The notes under the pieces are model-generated. The model was given only the letters and a program-made list of their open reading frames with translations. It did no database searches and was not told the origin of the DNA. DNA of 38,910 nt from a virus (taxonomy: Duplodnaviria > Caudoviricetes), in the IMG/VR virus record IMGVR_UViG_3300044844_000082, positions 1 to 38,910 of that record; one strand, given 5' to 3'. Every line of letters begins with the position of its first letter. Position 1 is the first letter of the stretch. A program made the translations under genes and the position numbers. Shown one piece after another: positions 18,439 to 27,766 of the stretch.

Positions 18439-19032
18439 TTAAAATTCATCTGGCAATGTTGCCGGAGTTTCTTTCTTTTTAGGCTTTTTAGTTTCTTCTT
18501 CGCCTTTTAATTTTTGATTCTCAACATAAAGAGTATTTAGTTGGTCAACCTGATTGCGATATTCAGAATTCAATTCTGCAGATCTAGAATTACACAATGC
18601 TAATTCTTCTTCTAATTGTTTTATTCTGATTCCGGCATCATTTAATTTCAACTGCATCTCGCCTTGAGTTTCTTTAACTATTTTATCTTTTTCGGAAATA
18701 ATCTCTTGATTTTTCTGCTGAAGAGCAGTATAATTATTCTGTAACGATGATCTATCAGATTTAACTTTTTCTAACTCTTCATGAAGTTTATCTCTCTCCA
18801 CTGTAAGAGTCTCAATACTAACTGCTGCTTGACGCAGCATCTCGTTACCAATCTCTACCTGTCTCTGAGATTCCTCATAACGGGCATTAGCTTCATTGAT
18901 TGTGTTGTTGAGGGCAATAATTCTAACTTCAGCATCGATGTTCTTACGCATGAAATCTAGAAGCAATTGTTCTTGCTTCTGGATGTAATGTATTGTATAG
19001 AGGTCTACTTGTTCTTTTTTCTCTTCGTCCAT
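18439..19032 (-). CDS. Coiled-coil protein (197 aa), possible fibre assembly factor
   Basis: E/Q/K/L-rich heptads over most of its length; GAGG RBS; embedded in the fibre array. Confidence 0.7.
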   Translation of the reverse strand: MDEEKKEQVDLYTIHYIQKQEQLLLDFMRKNIDAEVRIIALNNTINEANARYEESQRQVEIGNEMLRQAAVSIETLTVERDKLHEELEKVKSDRSSLQNNYTALQQKNQEIISEKDKIVKETQGEMQLKLNDAGIRIKQLEEELALCNSRSAELNSEYRNQVDQLNTLYVENQKLKGEEETKKPKKKETPATLPDEF

Positions 19033-19049
19033 AATATATCCTCAGTTTA

Positions 19050-20888
19050 TTAGAAACTACCACCATCTAGATAATCATATACTAGATGACTGCCATTTGA
19101 CTGTAGAACGTATCCACTAGTTCCAAGTGACAATCTATCATAACCGTTTGAAGAGTTACCAACTAGCAATGCCTGGTTAATTGTTGTCTTATAACCAGTA
19201 CCACCTTCTGTACCTGCGAGAGCAGTAGAAAGAACCAATGTATTGGCAGTGATGTTAACATTACATGTTGAGTTTGCAGTAATAGTTAGTGTGGTGTTGT
19301 TAGATACAATAGCACCAGACTCTAGGAAAGTTTCTAGAATTGCTAGTGTAAAGCCGTTTGCTGCAGTATTAACAACGTTGTTTCCTGAAAGCTCTTGTAC
19401 CGAACCAGTGAAGAGCTTATAGATGCCACCATCAGAAGCATCGCGGAATAGACCAGTATGTCTTTGATTTAGACCGTCGAAGTAGTTAGCAGCAAAACCG
19501 ATATCCAAAAGATCGCTGGTATAGTTGTTACCAGCAAGATAGATCATTGGATCAGAAACGATAACAGATGATACGTTAGTTGTTACAAGGTTACCAGTAA
19601 CGATAATATCGCCAGCAACTTCAACGTTACCATCGAAGTAACCTGTTGTCGAATGTAGATTTGATGAATGGATTTCGTTCCATCTTAGAGCATTCGTACC
19701 TAGATTGTAGGTTACGTTAGCAGATGGATTGATATTGCCTGTAACTCTTGCAGCAACATTGATAACATCAACAGAACTATTACCTAATGTAGTGTTACCT
19801 TGAACAATGACGTTAAGGAATTCGGCAGTAGCTGATGTAGCGGCAATATTTGCGCCAGTAAATACGACTTTTGAAGAGTTGGCTGTGAAACTTGAACCAA
19901 CGCTGACAAGGGAAGCATTAACTGTTCCAGTAACAAACAAACCACTTGAGTTACCAACAAGGCTGGTACCTACTGAATGAGAGAACGCATTAATAGTGCC
20001 AGTAGCGAATACACCAGCGCTGTTGGCTATAGTTGCGCCGTTAACATTTAGCCCTGCAGAAGAGATAACTGTATTAACGGTGTTGTTACCAACAAAGAAA
20101 TTGGTTGTATTTTGTACGGAGCCGCCTGTACCAGTACCAATAGCGCCAGCATTGAATGAAGTTGAATTAACAACGCCAGTTACATATGCGCCAGTAGAGT
20201 TAACTACTAGGCCATTAGATTGTAAAATGGTTGAGTTAGCAATGAATACAGAGCCAACAGTATGAGAAGAAGCGTTAACTACGCCTGTGGCAAATACACC
20301 GCTGGAATTAGAAATAACATTTGTGCCAACACTGATAACAGCAGCATTAACTGTACCTGCGTCTGTCCACAAACCAGTTGAATTAGCTACTAGAGCTGTT
20401 CCAACAGAATGAGTTGCTGCGTTTACTGTTGTTGCGTTTACTGTTGTAGTGTATACGTTATTGCCAACAAATAACGTGTTCGAAACTTTATTGAACGTAA
20501 AACCAGCAGTAGCGTTAGCAACGCCTGAATCGTTAAACTGGACCTGTGTATTAGCGCCAGAAGTACCTGTACCCCAATATATCGCCGATCCGTTGGTAAC
20601 AAGAACCTGACCATTGCCTCCTGGAGACCCATTGGCCACCAACGATGTAATGACCGCATTAGCTACGATAACCTTATCGATGCCGCCAGAAGTATTAGCT
20701 ACAAGCGCATGATTATTGGTCAGGGTGCCTGGGTACTGAGCGCCGCCAATTCTGAGAACGCCTGAACCGTTTGGAAGACCTATATGAAGGGTGTTAGAGG
20801 CTTGGGTGAACGCTAATTCACCATTCGAAAGACCGCTAACTGTAACATTAGCCACCGATCTTTTAATTTGAATTCTGTTGTTGGCCAT
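19050..20888 (-). CDS. Tail fibre shaft / connector (612 aa): N-terminal IQIKRS..GELA module, C-terminal DGGSF, no obvious receptor head
   Basis: MANNRIQIKRS...LSNGELAF; VNAA.H.VG..ANS.G repeats; VSDPMIYLA...DIGF...HTGLFRDASD module; ends LDGGSF. Confidence 0.8.
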   Translation of the reverse strand: MANNRIQIKRSVANVTVSGLSNGELAFTQASNTLHIGLPNGSGVLRIGGAQYPGTLTNNHALVANTSGGIDKVIVANAVITSLVANGSPGGNGQVLVTNGSAIYWGTGTSGANTQVQFNDSGVANATAGFTFNKVSNTLFVGNNVYTTTVNATTVNAATHSVGTALVANSTGLWTDAGTVNAAVISVGTNVISNSSGVFATGVVNASSHTVGSVFIANSTILQSNGLVVNSTGAYVTGVVNSTSFNAGAIGTGTGGSVQNTTNFFVGNNTVNTVISSAGLNVNGATIANSAGVFATGTINAFSHSVGTSLVGNSSGLFVTGTVNASLVSVGSSFTANSSKVVFTGANIAATSATAEFLNVIVQGNTTLGNSSVDVINVAARVTGNINPSANVTYNLGTNALRWNEIHSSNLHSTTGYFDGNVEVAGDIIVTGNLVTTNVSSVIVSDPMIYLAGNNYTSDLLDIGFAANYFDGLNQRHTGLFRDASDGGIYKLFTGSVQELSGNNVVNTAANGFTLAILETFLESGAIVSNNTTLTITANSTCNVNITANTLVLSTALAGTEGGTGYKTTINQALLVGNSSNGYDRLSLGTSGYVLQSNGSHLVYDYLDGGSF

Positions 20889-20916
20889 TTAAATAGCGCT
20901 CCTTGAAATTTTTATA

Positions 20917-20924
20917 TATTTATA
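20917..20924 (-). promoter_or_regulatory. T4-type late promoter TATAAATA
   Basis: Exact consensus in the gap upstream of the 612-aa gene, followed by an AAGGAG RBS. Confidence 0.8.
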
Positions 20925-20927
20925 AAT

Positions 20928-21197
20928 TTAGAAAACTCCACCATCTAAATCACCGTCTATATTACCAAAATCCAAATGTTTAACTTGATAGGTGTCTGTT
21001 GTATTATCGTAGATCAGTGTGGATCCATCAGTTCTTTGCGATAAACCAACATCCCTTAACTCATCAATTGTGTCAAGACCAGAAGAAATAATCGGAGTGT
21101 TCTTCAACGTCACAGGTATAGTTGTATCGATAACGCCAGCTGTGGCGTTAGTAGAAACCTTTACATTTCTTTTTCTCGAAACAACAACATTTACCAT
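20928..21197 (-). CDS. Small virion adaptor-like protein (89 aa) ending DGGVF
   Basis: IDELRDV...DGSTLIYD...Y motif and C-terminal LDGGVF; tightly packed in the operon. Confidence 0.7.
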   Translation of the reverse strand: MVNVVVSRKRNVKVSTNATAGVIDTTIPVTLKNTPIISSGLDTIDELRDVGLSQRTDGSTLIYDNTTDTYQVKHLDFGNIDGDLDGGVF

Positions 21198-21200
21198 TTA

Positions 21201-21533
21201 TTATCTCGTAACTTGTGGTGTGACCGTCACTATACCTTCGACTACTCTAGAAATAGCGTTAGTAGATGTTTCTCTTAATTCCACATCGTAAACATATCTT
21301 CCAGCAGTTAACAAATTAGTCTGATTAGCTGATAGGGTCAAAATGATTTGGCCCGAGTTAGTATTTATCGACGTGGTAAATGCAGTAGAATTAGAAGAAG
21401 TATACCATTTTCTCATCTGAGCGTTAGCCGTAAATCCGTCAAGATTTAGGACGTCTCCAGTGTCGTCGCTTAAATCTAATTCAACCGAAAAAGTGGTTCC
21501 TTGATCTATTACTAGATTAGCTTTTGTTGCCAT
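21201..21533 (-). CDS. Single beta-sandwich virion protein (110 aa), putative fibre attachment/collar adaptor
   Basis: NLVIDQGTTF...NL.G.TA.AQMRK...GQI.L.L...QT..L.AGRYVYDV...RVVEG.VTVTP.VTR pattern. Confidence 0.75.
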   Translation of the reverse strand: MATKANLVIDQGTTFSVELDLSDDTGDVLNLDGFTANAQMRKWYTSSNSTAFTTSINTNSGQIILTLSANQTNLLTAGRYVYDVELRETSTNAISRVVEGIVTVTPQVTR

Positions 21534-24500
21534 TATCCTACAATTGTCCTAACGTATTTAACTGTGGTATTAGAAGAAACTGGAGTAAATTTCAATGAAA
21601 CGTGAGACACGTTTGGAGCAGAGAAAGAGAAAGTTCCTACGTTTGTGTTTGTTGTGATTGTAGCAAATTCTGTCATATATCCTGCACCACGGTCGTGAGT
21701 TGTAAGGATCTTTGACATGTAACGGTTGTTAGCGACATTGTCGACAACGCTGATAATATATTCAGCTGCTGGATAACTAACCATTGAATAAGCATCAATT
21801 TCCTGGGCGGTTGTACCGGTAGTAGTAATTGATGCATTTGTGGTCGCTGATGCAATAATGCTCCAAACGCCATTTGCGTTTAAGAAATACTGACCGGAAG
21901 CGATAGCTGCTGAATTTGGAGTAGTTATAGATAGATTTACAGTTGAATTGGAAATCTTAATAGTTGAAGAATTCGCAACCAAATTAGCTGTAGCAGTGCC
22001 AATGAAAATATCAGTCAATACATCAATCGAAGCAGTGTTTATGCCGCTAGAATTGGCAGTGAACGATGTTCCAATATTCAACGATGTAGCGTTAATTACG
22101 CCAGTATAAACACCAGTTGAATTTGCTATTGTTGAAGTGCCAACGGTATGACTTGCAGCGTTAATAGTTGTGACATAAGCGCCGGAAGAATTAACAACTG
22201 AAGAACCGCCAACACTTATTGTATTACCAAAAATGGCGCTCTGAGTCACGTTTGCGTTAGTAACCCAAAGCAAAGCCCATTTGTTTGATGTGTTACCTAG
22301 AGTATAAGTGTCGTTTGTCGCTGGGACAACGTCGGCAGAAGATATACCAGTATATGTTAGATTACCAGAAACTTGTAGATCTCCAAGAACGTTCAGTTTA
22401 CCAGCCACATTAGCATAAGTGCCGTTGAATTGAGCATTTCCACCAATGGTCATAACACCAGTGTGATTTATGGTAGTGGCGTTAGCGACAAAAGAAGAAC
22501 CCACAGTAACAGAAGAACCGTTAACAACACCAGTATATACACCAGTCGAATTGGCAACAGTAGAAGTACCAACTGTGTGACTAGCAGCGTTTACTGTAGT
22601 AGTATAAACGCCAGTAGCATTAACGATGCTAGAAGTTCCGACAGTGATAGAAGAACCATTGACAACTCCAGTGTAAACACCAGTAGAGTTGGCTATTGTA
22701 GAAGTTCCGACTGTGTGGCTTGCAGCATTGACCGTTGAAGTATAAACACCAGTAACGTTAGCAATAGTACTAGTACCTACGGTAAACGAAGCAGCATTAG
22801 CAGTTGTCGCATACAGACCGCTGGAATTAGCAATTGTTGATGTACCAACTGTATGACTTGCTGCATTAACGCTAGTAGCATTAACAATACCTGTATAAAC
22901 CCCGCTAGAATTAGCAATTGTGCTAGTTCCGACAGTGTGTGCAGAAGCATTAACTGTTCCTGTTGTCCAGAAACCAGTAGTATTTACGATTGTAGCTGAT
23001 GTAACCTGTAAGGCTGTTGTATTAGCAGTAAACCCACCAGCGCCAGTAGTAATAACAGTGCTATTGACTATTGAAGTGCCAACTGTTAGGCTGATTGGGT
23101 CTAGATTAGCAGAACCAGAGTTGTTTGCCATAATAAGGCGATTAATGCTCTGAACAGAATAAACTGTAGTATTACCAACAAAATATGAAGAAGTATTAAT
23201 CTGTATATTAGCAGCCACTTTAACCATGCTAGTATTAGCAATAAAACTGTTAGAACCTGTGGTAATAACAGTGCTGTTTACTAGCGATGAACCAACAGTC
23301 AAGCTAATTGGGTCTAGGTTGGCTGTACCAGAACTATTTGCTACAGTAAGACGGTTTGTATCTAGATTAGAATTTGCAGTTGTATTGCCGACAAAATATG
23401 AAGATGTGTTAATCTGGATATTTGCAGCTATTTTAACGGCGCTAGTATTGGCAGTTATACCATTAGCTCCAGTAGTAATCACAGTGCTATTTACAACCGA
23501 GGTTCCGACTATCAAACCAATTGGATCTAGATTAGCGGATCCTGAGTTATTAGCGATAGTGAATCGATTGATGCTCTGATCAGAATAAACGCTGGCGTTA
23601 CCAACGAAGTAAGAAGATGTGTTAATTTGTATATTTGCTGCTACTTTTACTGCGCTGGTGTTAGCAGTTATGCCGTTAGCTCCAGTAGTAATAATGGTGC
23701 TATTGACCAGAGAAGTTCCAATAGTTAAACTGATTGGATTTAGGTTAGCTGAACCAGTAGAATTAGCAATTCTGATTAGGGTTGCATTAGATAGTGCATT
23801 AACAGTGCTGTTACCAACATCAACAGCTATAGCGTTTACCACAACATTTGAAGTAGCAACTGCAACATAGAACTGAGAAGTATTTGCTACAACGTTTGAA
23901 CCAACGGTAATAGCAGTTGTATTAGCAATCAAACCACCAGCACCAGTAGTAATGATTGTGCTGTTTACTAGGGAAGTACCTACAGCAAAACTTACGGGGG
24001 TGATATTAGCTGAAATAGTAGAATTGGCAACCTTAACTAATGAAGAGTTAGCAAAGGTGTTTATGGTTGTATTACCAACAAGAATTGAACTAGAATTAGA
24101 TAATACATTTGTTGTTGTATTACCTATAACTATTGTTGACGTATTCATGAATACGTTTGCACCAACGGTCACAGCCTGTGTATTAGCAAAAAGACTGTTA
24201 GAACCGACCATTGAAATAGAAGTGCTATTTACTAAAGAATTACCAATAGAAAGCGAATTAAAATTCAATACAGCTAGTGCAGCACCATTTGTGATTTGTA
24301 ATTGAGTAGAATTCGCTAATGTATTGACAGTAGTATTAGATCTGAAAAGTAATGTAGTGCTGTTAGCTATTAGATTGGTTGTGGCGGCACCAGTATGAGT
24401 TATGTATAGTTGGTTGGTATTAACAACGACATTAGAACCGACATAAACAGCATAAGTGTTTAGAGATTCAGAGTCCAAATAAGAATTTACTGTAGAATTA

Positions 24501-24772
24501 CCAATAGAAATCGCCGAAGTGTTAACATATGTAAAATTGTAAATATCAACAGTATTATTGCCAATAAGTAAAGAATTATTAACATGTGCTGTGGTGTTAA
24601 TAACCAAAGAATCAGCAGTAAATTTACCAGTAATAGCTGCATTACCAGCTGCCGCATTAGAACCATTTGCTGTAACGGCCAACACTGAGAAAGTGTAAGC
24701 CAGTTCATTGGTTCTATTACGCCAGAAATCAAAAGTGTTATTTGTTCCTACATTGGAAATATTTACTGTCAT
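21533..24772 (-). CDS. Long repetitive tail fibre (1079 aa), probably the proximal fibre
   Basis: N-terminal NTFDFWRNRTNEL anchor motif; 71-aa and ~22-aa repeats; C-terminal domain QEIDAY...AEYII...THD...TEFA...LKFTP...VKY.R. Confidence 0.85.
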   Translation of the reverse strand: MTVNISNVGTNNTFDFWRNRTNELAYTFSVLAVTANGSNAAAGNAAITGKFTADSLVINTTAHVNNSLLIGNNTVDIYNFTYVNTSAISIGNSTVNSYLDSESLNTYAVYVGSNVVVNTNQLYITHTGAATTNLIANSTTLLFRSNTTVNTLANSTQLQITNGAALAVLNFNSLSIGNSLVNSTSISMVGSNSLFANTQAVTVGANVFMNTSTIVIGNTTTNVLSNSSSILVGNTTINTFANSSLVKVANSTISANITPVSFAVGTSLVNSTIITTGAGGLIANTTAITVGSNVVANTSQFYVAVATSNVVVNAIAVDVGNSTVNALSNATLIRIANSTGSANLNPISLTIGTSLVNSTIITTGANGITANTSAVKVAANIQINTSSYFVGNASVYSDQSINRFTIANNSGSANLDPIGLIVGTSVVNSTVITTGANGITANTSAVKIAANIQINTSSYFVGNTTANSNLDTNRLTVANSSGTANLDPISLTVGSSLVNSTVITTGSNSFIANTSMVKVAANIQINTSSYFVGNTTVYSVQSINRLIMANNSGSANLDPISLTVGTSIVNSTVITTGAGGFTANTTALQVTSATIVNTTGFWTTGTVNASAHTVGTSTIANSSGVYTGIVNATSVNAASHTVGTSTIANSSGLYATTANAASFTVGTSTIANVTGVYTSTVNAASHTVGTSTIANSTGVYTGVVNGSSITVGTSSIVNATGVYTTTVNAASHTVGTSTVANSTGVYTGVVNGSSVTVGSSFVANATTINHTGVMTIGGNAQFNGTYANVAGKLNVLGDLQVSGNLTYTGISSADVVPATNDTYTLGNTSNKWALLWVTNANVTQSAIFGNTISVGGSSVVNSSGAYVTTINAASHTVGTSTIANSTGVYTGVINATSLNIGTSFTANSSGINTASIDVLTDIFIGTATANLVANSSTIKISNSTVNLSITTPNSAAIASGQYFLNANGVWSIIASATTNASITTTGTTAQEIDAYSMVSYPAAEYIISVVDNVANNRYMSKILTTHDRGAGYMTEFATITTNTNVGTFSFSAPNVSHVSLKFTPVSSNTTVKYVRTIVG
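22080..22960. repeat. Array of ~22-aa repeats (VNAASHTVGTSTIANSTGVYT) in the 1079-aa fibre
   Basis: About eight degenerate copies visible in the translation. The same unit recurs in the 692-aa and 612-aa fibres. Confidence 0.85.
23030..23990. repeat. 213-bp (71-aa) tandem repeats in the 1079-aa fibre
   Basis: The ANL(D/N)PI anchor recurs at 23101, 23314, 23527 and 23740, with exact 213-nt spacing. A more degenerate fifth copy lies N-terminal to these. Confidence 0.88.
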
Positions 24773-24775
24773 TTA

Positions 24776-24991
24776 TTAACTTCTTTTTAAGAGTTGGCCG
24801 AGCATATTCTTTATCTCTTCTAAATCTTGTTCCACCTTTTGAATTCTTTCTGAGTTCTTCATACCATCCATAATCATCTGTTTTTGTTTTTTATATGCAG
24901 AAAGTTTTCGATTATCGACATTAAGTATAGCCCCGCTGGTTGGGTCTTTAACGATTCCTTCGAAATCTGTTTTATAATATTTATTTTCCAT
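24776..24991 (-). CDS. Small conserved protein following the DUF4815/VrlC-like gene (71 aa)
   Basis: GIVKDPTSGAILN.D...AYK...DL.EIK.ML..LL pattern with a C-terminal coiled coil. Confidence 0.75.
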   Translation of the reverse strand: MENKYYKTDFEGIVKDPTSGAILNVDNRKLSAYKKQKQMIMDGMKNSERIQKVEQDLEEIKNMLGQLLKRS

Positions 24992-24994
24992 TTT

Positions 24995-27727
24995 TTACAT
25001 CTGTAACGCTATGGCTCTTAAATCATCAATAATAGGCACTTTTGAGCTATCATTTGATTTAAGAATGATTTTGATTTGAAATTGTTTGAATGTAGTATAT
25101 GTCTTACCATCAGCGCTTGAATAAGTGACACCCAGAGGAGTTTCTAGATAAACATTAGCTCCGGATGCATTAGAGCTCCATGGAGTTCCTACAGACAAAT
25201 ACGTATTATTAGAAATAGAAACAACTATTTGCGAATCATTAGCAACTTGAACAATATTACCAGGTCTGAAATCTGTTACGAAAGTTGTGCCGCTACCAAT
25301 AATAGCATTATTGGTTGTTGAAACCGTTACGTTACCTGTTACCTGGGTAACATTTTGTCTTGACATGAAAGCTGTAGTTGGTGGGAAGGCCAAATAAGCT
25401 GTCTGTGCAGTAGCATTAGCACTAGGAGCGGACTCTAGAGTCAAGCTAGTGTTACTTGCAATACTAATAACTTTTCTGCTGTAAATTGTAGTAACTGCTG
25501 TATCGTTTGGTATAGAATACATATACCAACCAGGACTCAATTCTGTATTGAATAGAGTGCTTGTTCCTGTGACTGTGGTACATGCAGTGTTACAAGTAAC
25601 TGATCCTGTTAGTTTAAGAGCAGGATAATTTGAAGATGTAGTAAATGTATATTCCTTGAAATCGTTTGGATTACTTGGATCTGAATAATATTCCAAAGAA
25701 CTATTGATCAAAGGAGTCCATGTTTTCTGCGAAATTGGTTCAGGATCTTCACCATTAAGAAACTTGACCCAAACTTCTACTTCTGAACCAACTGGTCTGA
25801 ACGCAGTTAGAACAACTTGAATGTCCTCTGCATCTTGACCTGCAGCAAGGCTGACAACCTTTGATACATATTTTGATTTCGCATCGCCAGAATTAAAGAA
25901 TTCGTCGTATTGGAAATTGACCGGATCAATTTCATTCTTAATTACTAGCTGCTGATCTCTGACAGTGTCAATAGCAGGAGAAAGGAAAGCACTATCACTG
26001 ACCATTCTAGCTTTATAAGTGAACGATTTAGCGCCACTCATGCTAGTAATTTCGTTTGATCTACTAGCAACTATTCTTTCTCTGTCGTAGAATTCAGATT
26101 CATAACCAGGAGTTACTCTGTTATCTACAGTGTCTACTGAGTATGAATTACTTGTGCCTCTATAATAAAGGTCCATAGTTGTTCCTGCAGGGGTAATAAA
26201 TGCTAACTGAGGAACAACAGCGTCTACTACTGGATTATATAATGTGCCACTATTAGCGTATGCAATCAGAGTTGTGTTATTTGGGCTTGAAATCGTTGTG
26301 TTACTAAATCTATGAATCTGAACATAAGAGTTACCACTAAAATTACCAGTAGAAGAATCGCAATATAGAATGTTCTTAACAGCATCATAATAATTGATTG
26401 TAGCATAAACACTAGTATTGACCGTTCCACCAGTAGCATTTGATGTTGAATTTGTTGATTTGAATACGACATCTCCGGAAATGATACTTGCACTAGTATT
26501 GACGTAACCTACGTTATATACCGAAACATATTCGTTATTACTGTTGTAGAATACAGCCTGACCTTCATTGGTCTTAAAATTTGCTCTATATAAATTGAAC
26601 TTTACGTATTCTTCCTGAAGAGCAGTCCATTGTTTTTCGGTGGCGCCATAAAAAGCTGTCCCCACTACGGGCTGACTGTACACTTGATAACCAGTTTCAA
26701 TATCAACGTCTCCGAGATTACAAGTCCATACATGATAATCTGGGTCGTTTGCGTCAGGTCTTACCACGAAAGCATATGTTTTGCCATTCATCAAAAAAAC
26801 TGGAGATTGAAAAGTAAATGTAGTCGGATTTGTAGCATCTGCGCTAATGTTTATTTCATCGTAACTTTTATGAACTTTGGAAAATGGCAATATAACATCA
26901 CCGTTAGGATAACCGTTTTCAGTTTCGCACAAATAGACAGTAACACCGTTTTCTTTAACTTGAGATTTTTGTTTGAAGAAAAGTCTTAGAGCTGTGGCGT
27001 ATATTCCTGCTTCTCCATTTGGAGTATTAATTGTCAACGCCTGCGCTAACGGTTCTAAAAAGAACAACCAAATTGGAGGAGGTGGAGGTGGCGGAGGAGG
27101 CAGAATAGTAACGACATCTAGAATATTAGTTTGTGATGTTACTGTGTTACTCTGAATTACAGTTTGATTTACGGGAACGAAACCTAAATCCGGAGTTACT
27201 GTAGTCAAAGTAACTGCTTGTTTAGTTACGCTCAAATTAGAAGCAGTAAATACAGCAGAAGCCAAAGTTGTAAGAGCATCACTACCTAAAGCCAAACTAT
27301 CGACGTCTGCAATCTGAAATGCTCTATCGCCTGTTTTGAATTTACCGGCAGGAATATTGAACTGTCCTGCTACTCTACCCCATTTATCAGAATAGATTGC
27401 ATCTCCCCAATTACCGCCCTTTGGTACAATTGTATAATCTGCAGCATTTAGAGGTATGCTATATGTATTGCTGCCAAGAAGTCTGAGCGCTGGCGCACAA
27501 TATTGATCAACCTTAATACTATCAAAGAAAAAATGCAATCTCTGATTAGGGCGCATATTGTATGCGACGAATGAAACAATTCTATTGGCGATAAATGGTT
27601 GATTGGAAACAGAAGTAGCAAAATTACCTACCTGTTGAAGATCAGTCTGAGGCGTAACAGTAATCTGAGTACCATCTCTGGTATTAGTTACTGTTGTTGT
27701 AGTAGCTGTTGTATTTACTGCTGCCAA
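24995..27727 (-). CDS. DUF4815/VrlC-like baseplate-associated virion protein, C-terminal part (TTG start)
   Basis: MRPN.R...FFD, G.F.IP...FKTG.R.F, EPLAQ, NGYP...ILPFS, T.FTF.SPVFL, LSPAID, KYVSK.V.L and FKQFQIKI.L...P.I.DLRAIAL motifs; AGGAGA RBS. Confidence 0.85.
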   Translation of the reverse strand: MAAVNTTATTTTVTNTRDGTQITVTPQTDLQQVGNFATSVSNQPFIANRIVSFVAYNMRPNQRLHFFFDSIKVDQYCAPALRLLGSNTYSIPLNAADYTIVPKGGNWGDAIYSDKWGRVAGQFNIPAGKFKTGDRAFQIADVDSLALGSDALTTLASAVFTASNLSVTKQAVTLTTVTPDLGFVPVNQTVIQSNTVTSQTNILDVVTILPPPPPPPPPIWLFFLEPLAQALTINTPNGEAGIYATALRLFFKQKSQVKENGVTVYLCETENGYPNGDVILPFSKVHKSYDEINISADATNPTTFTFQSPVFLMNGKTYAFVVRPDANDPDYHVWTCNLGDVDIETGYQVYSQPVVGTAFYGATEKQWTALQEEYVKFNLYRANFKTNEGQAVFYNSNNEYVSVYNVGYVNTSASIISGDVVFKSTNSTSNATGGTVNTSVYATINYYDAVKNILYCDSSTGNFSGNSYVQIHRFSNTTISSPNNTTLIAYANSGTLYNPVVDAVVPQLAFITPAGTTMDLYYRGTSNSYSVDTVDNRVTPGYESEFYDRERIVASRSNEITSMSGAKSFTYKARMVSDSAFLSPAIDTVRDQQLVIKNEIDPVNFQYDEFFNSGDAKSKYVSKVVSLAAGQDAEDIQVVLTAFRPVGSEVEVWVKFLNGEDPEPISQKTWTPLINSSLEYYSDPSNPNDFKEYTFTTSSNYPALKLTGSVTCNTACTTVTGTSTLFNTELSPGWYMYSIPNDTAVTTIYSRKVISIASNTSLTLESAPSANATAQTAYLAFPPTTAFMSRQNVTQVTGNVTVSTTNNAIIGSGTTFVTDFRPGNIVQVANDSQIVVSISNNTYLSVGTPWSSNASGANVYLETPLGVTYSSADGKTYTTFKQFQIKIILKSNDSSKVPIIDDLRAIALQM

Positions 27728-27750
27728 TTTAAATTTCTCCTAATAATCAT

Positions 27751-27758
27751 TATTTATA
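27751..27758 (-). promoter_or_regulatory. T4-type late promoter TATAAATA between the two DUF4815 halves
   Basis: Exact consensus in the 39-nt gap. Confidence 0.8.
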
Positions 27759-27766
27759 GTTATTTA

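Noticed and set aside
15447-20888. Diversity-generating retroelement, suggested by Mtd-like N-terminal modules
   Set aside because: No reverse transcriptase and no template/variable repeat pair differing at adenines was seen in this window.
22080-23990. CRISPR-like array
   Set aside because: The repeats are in-frame, degenerate at synonymous sites and lack unique spacers, so they are protein repeats.
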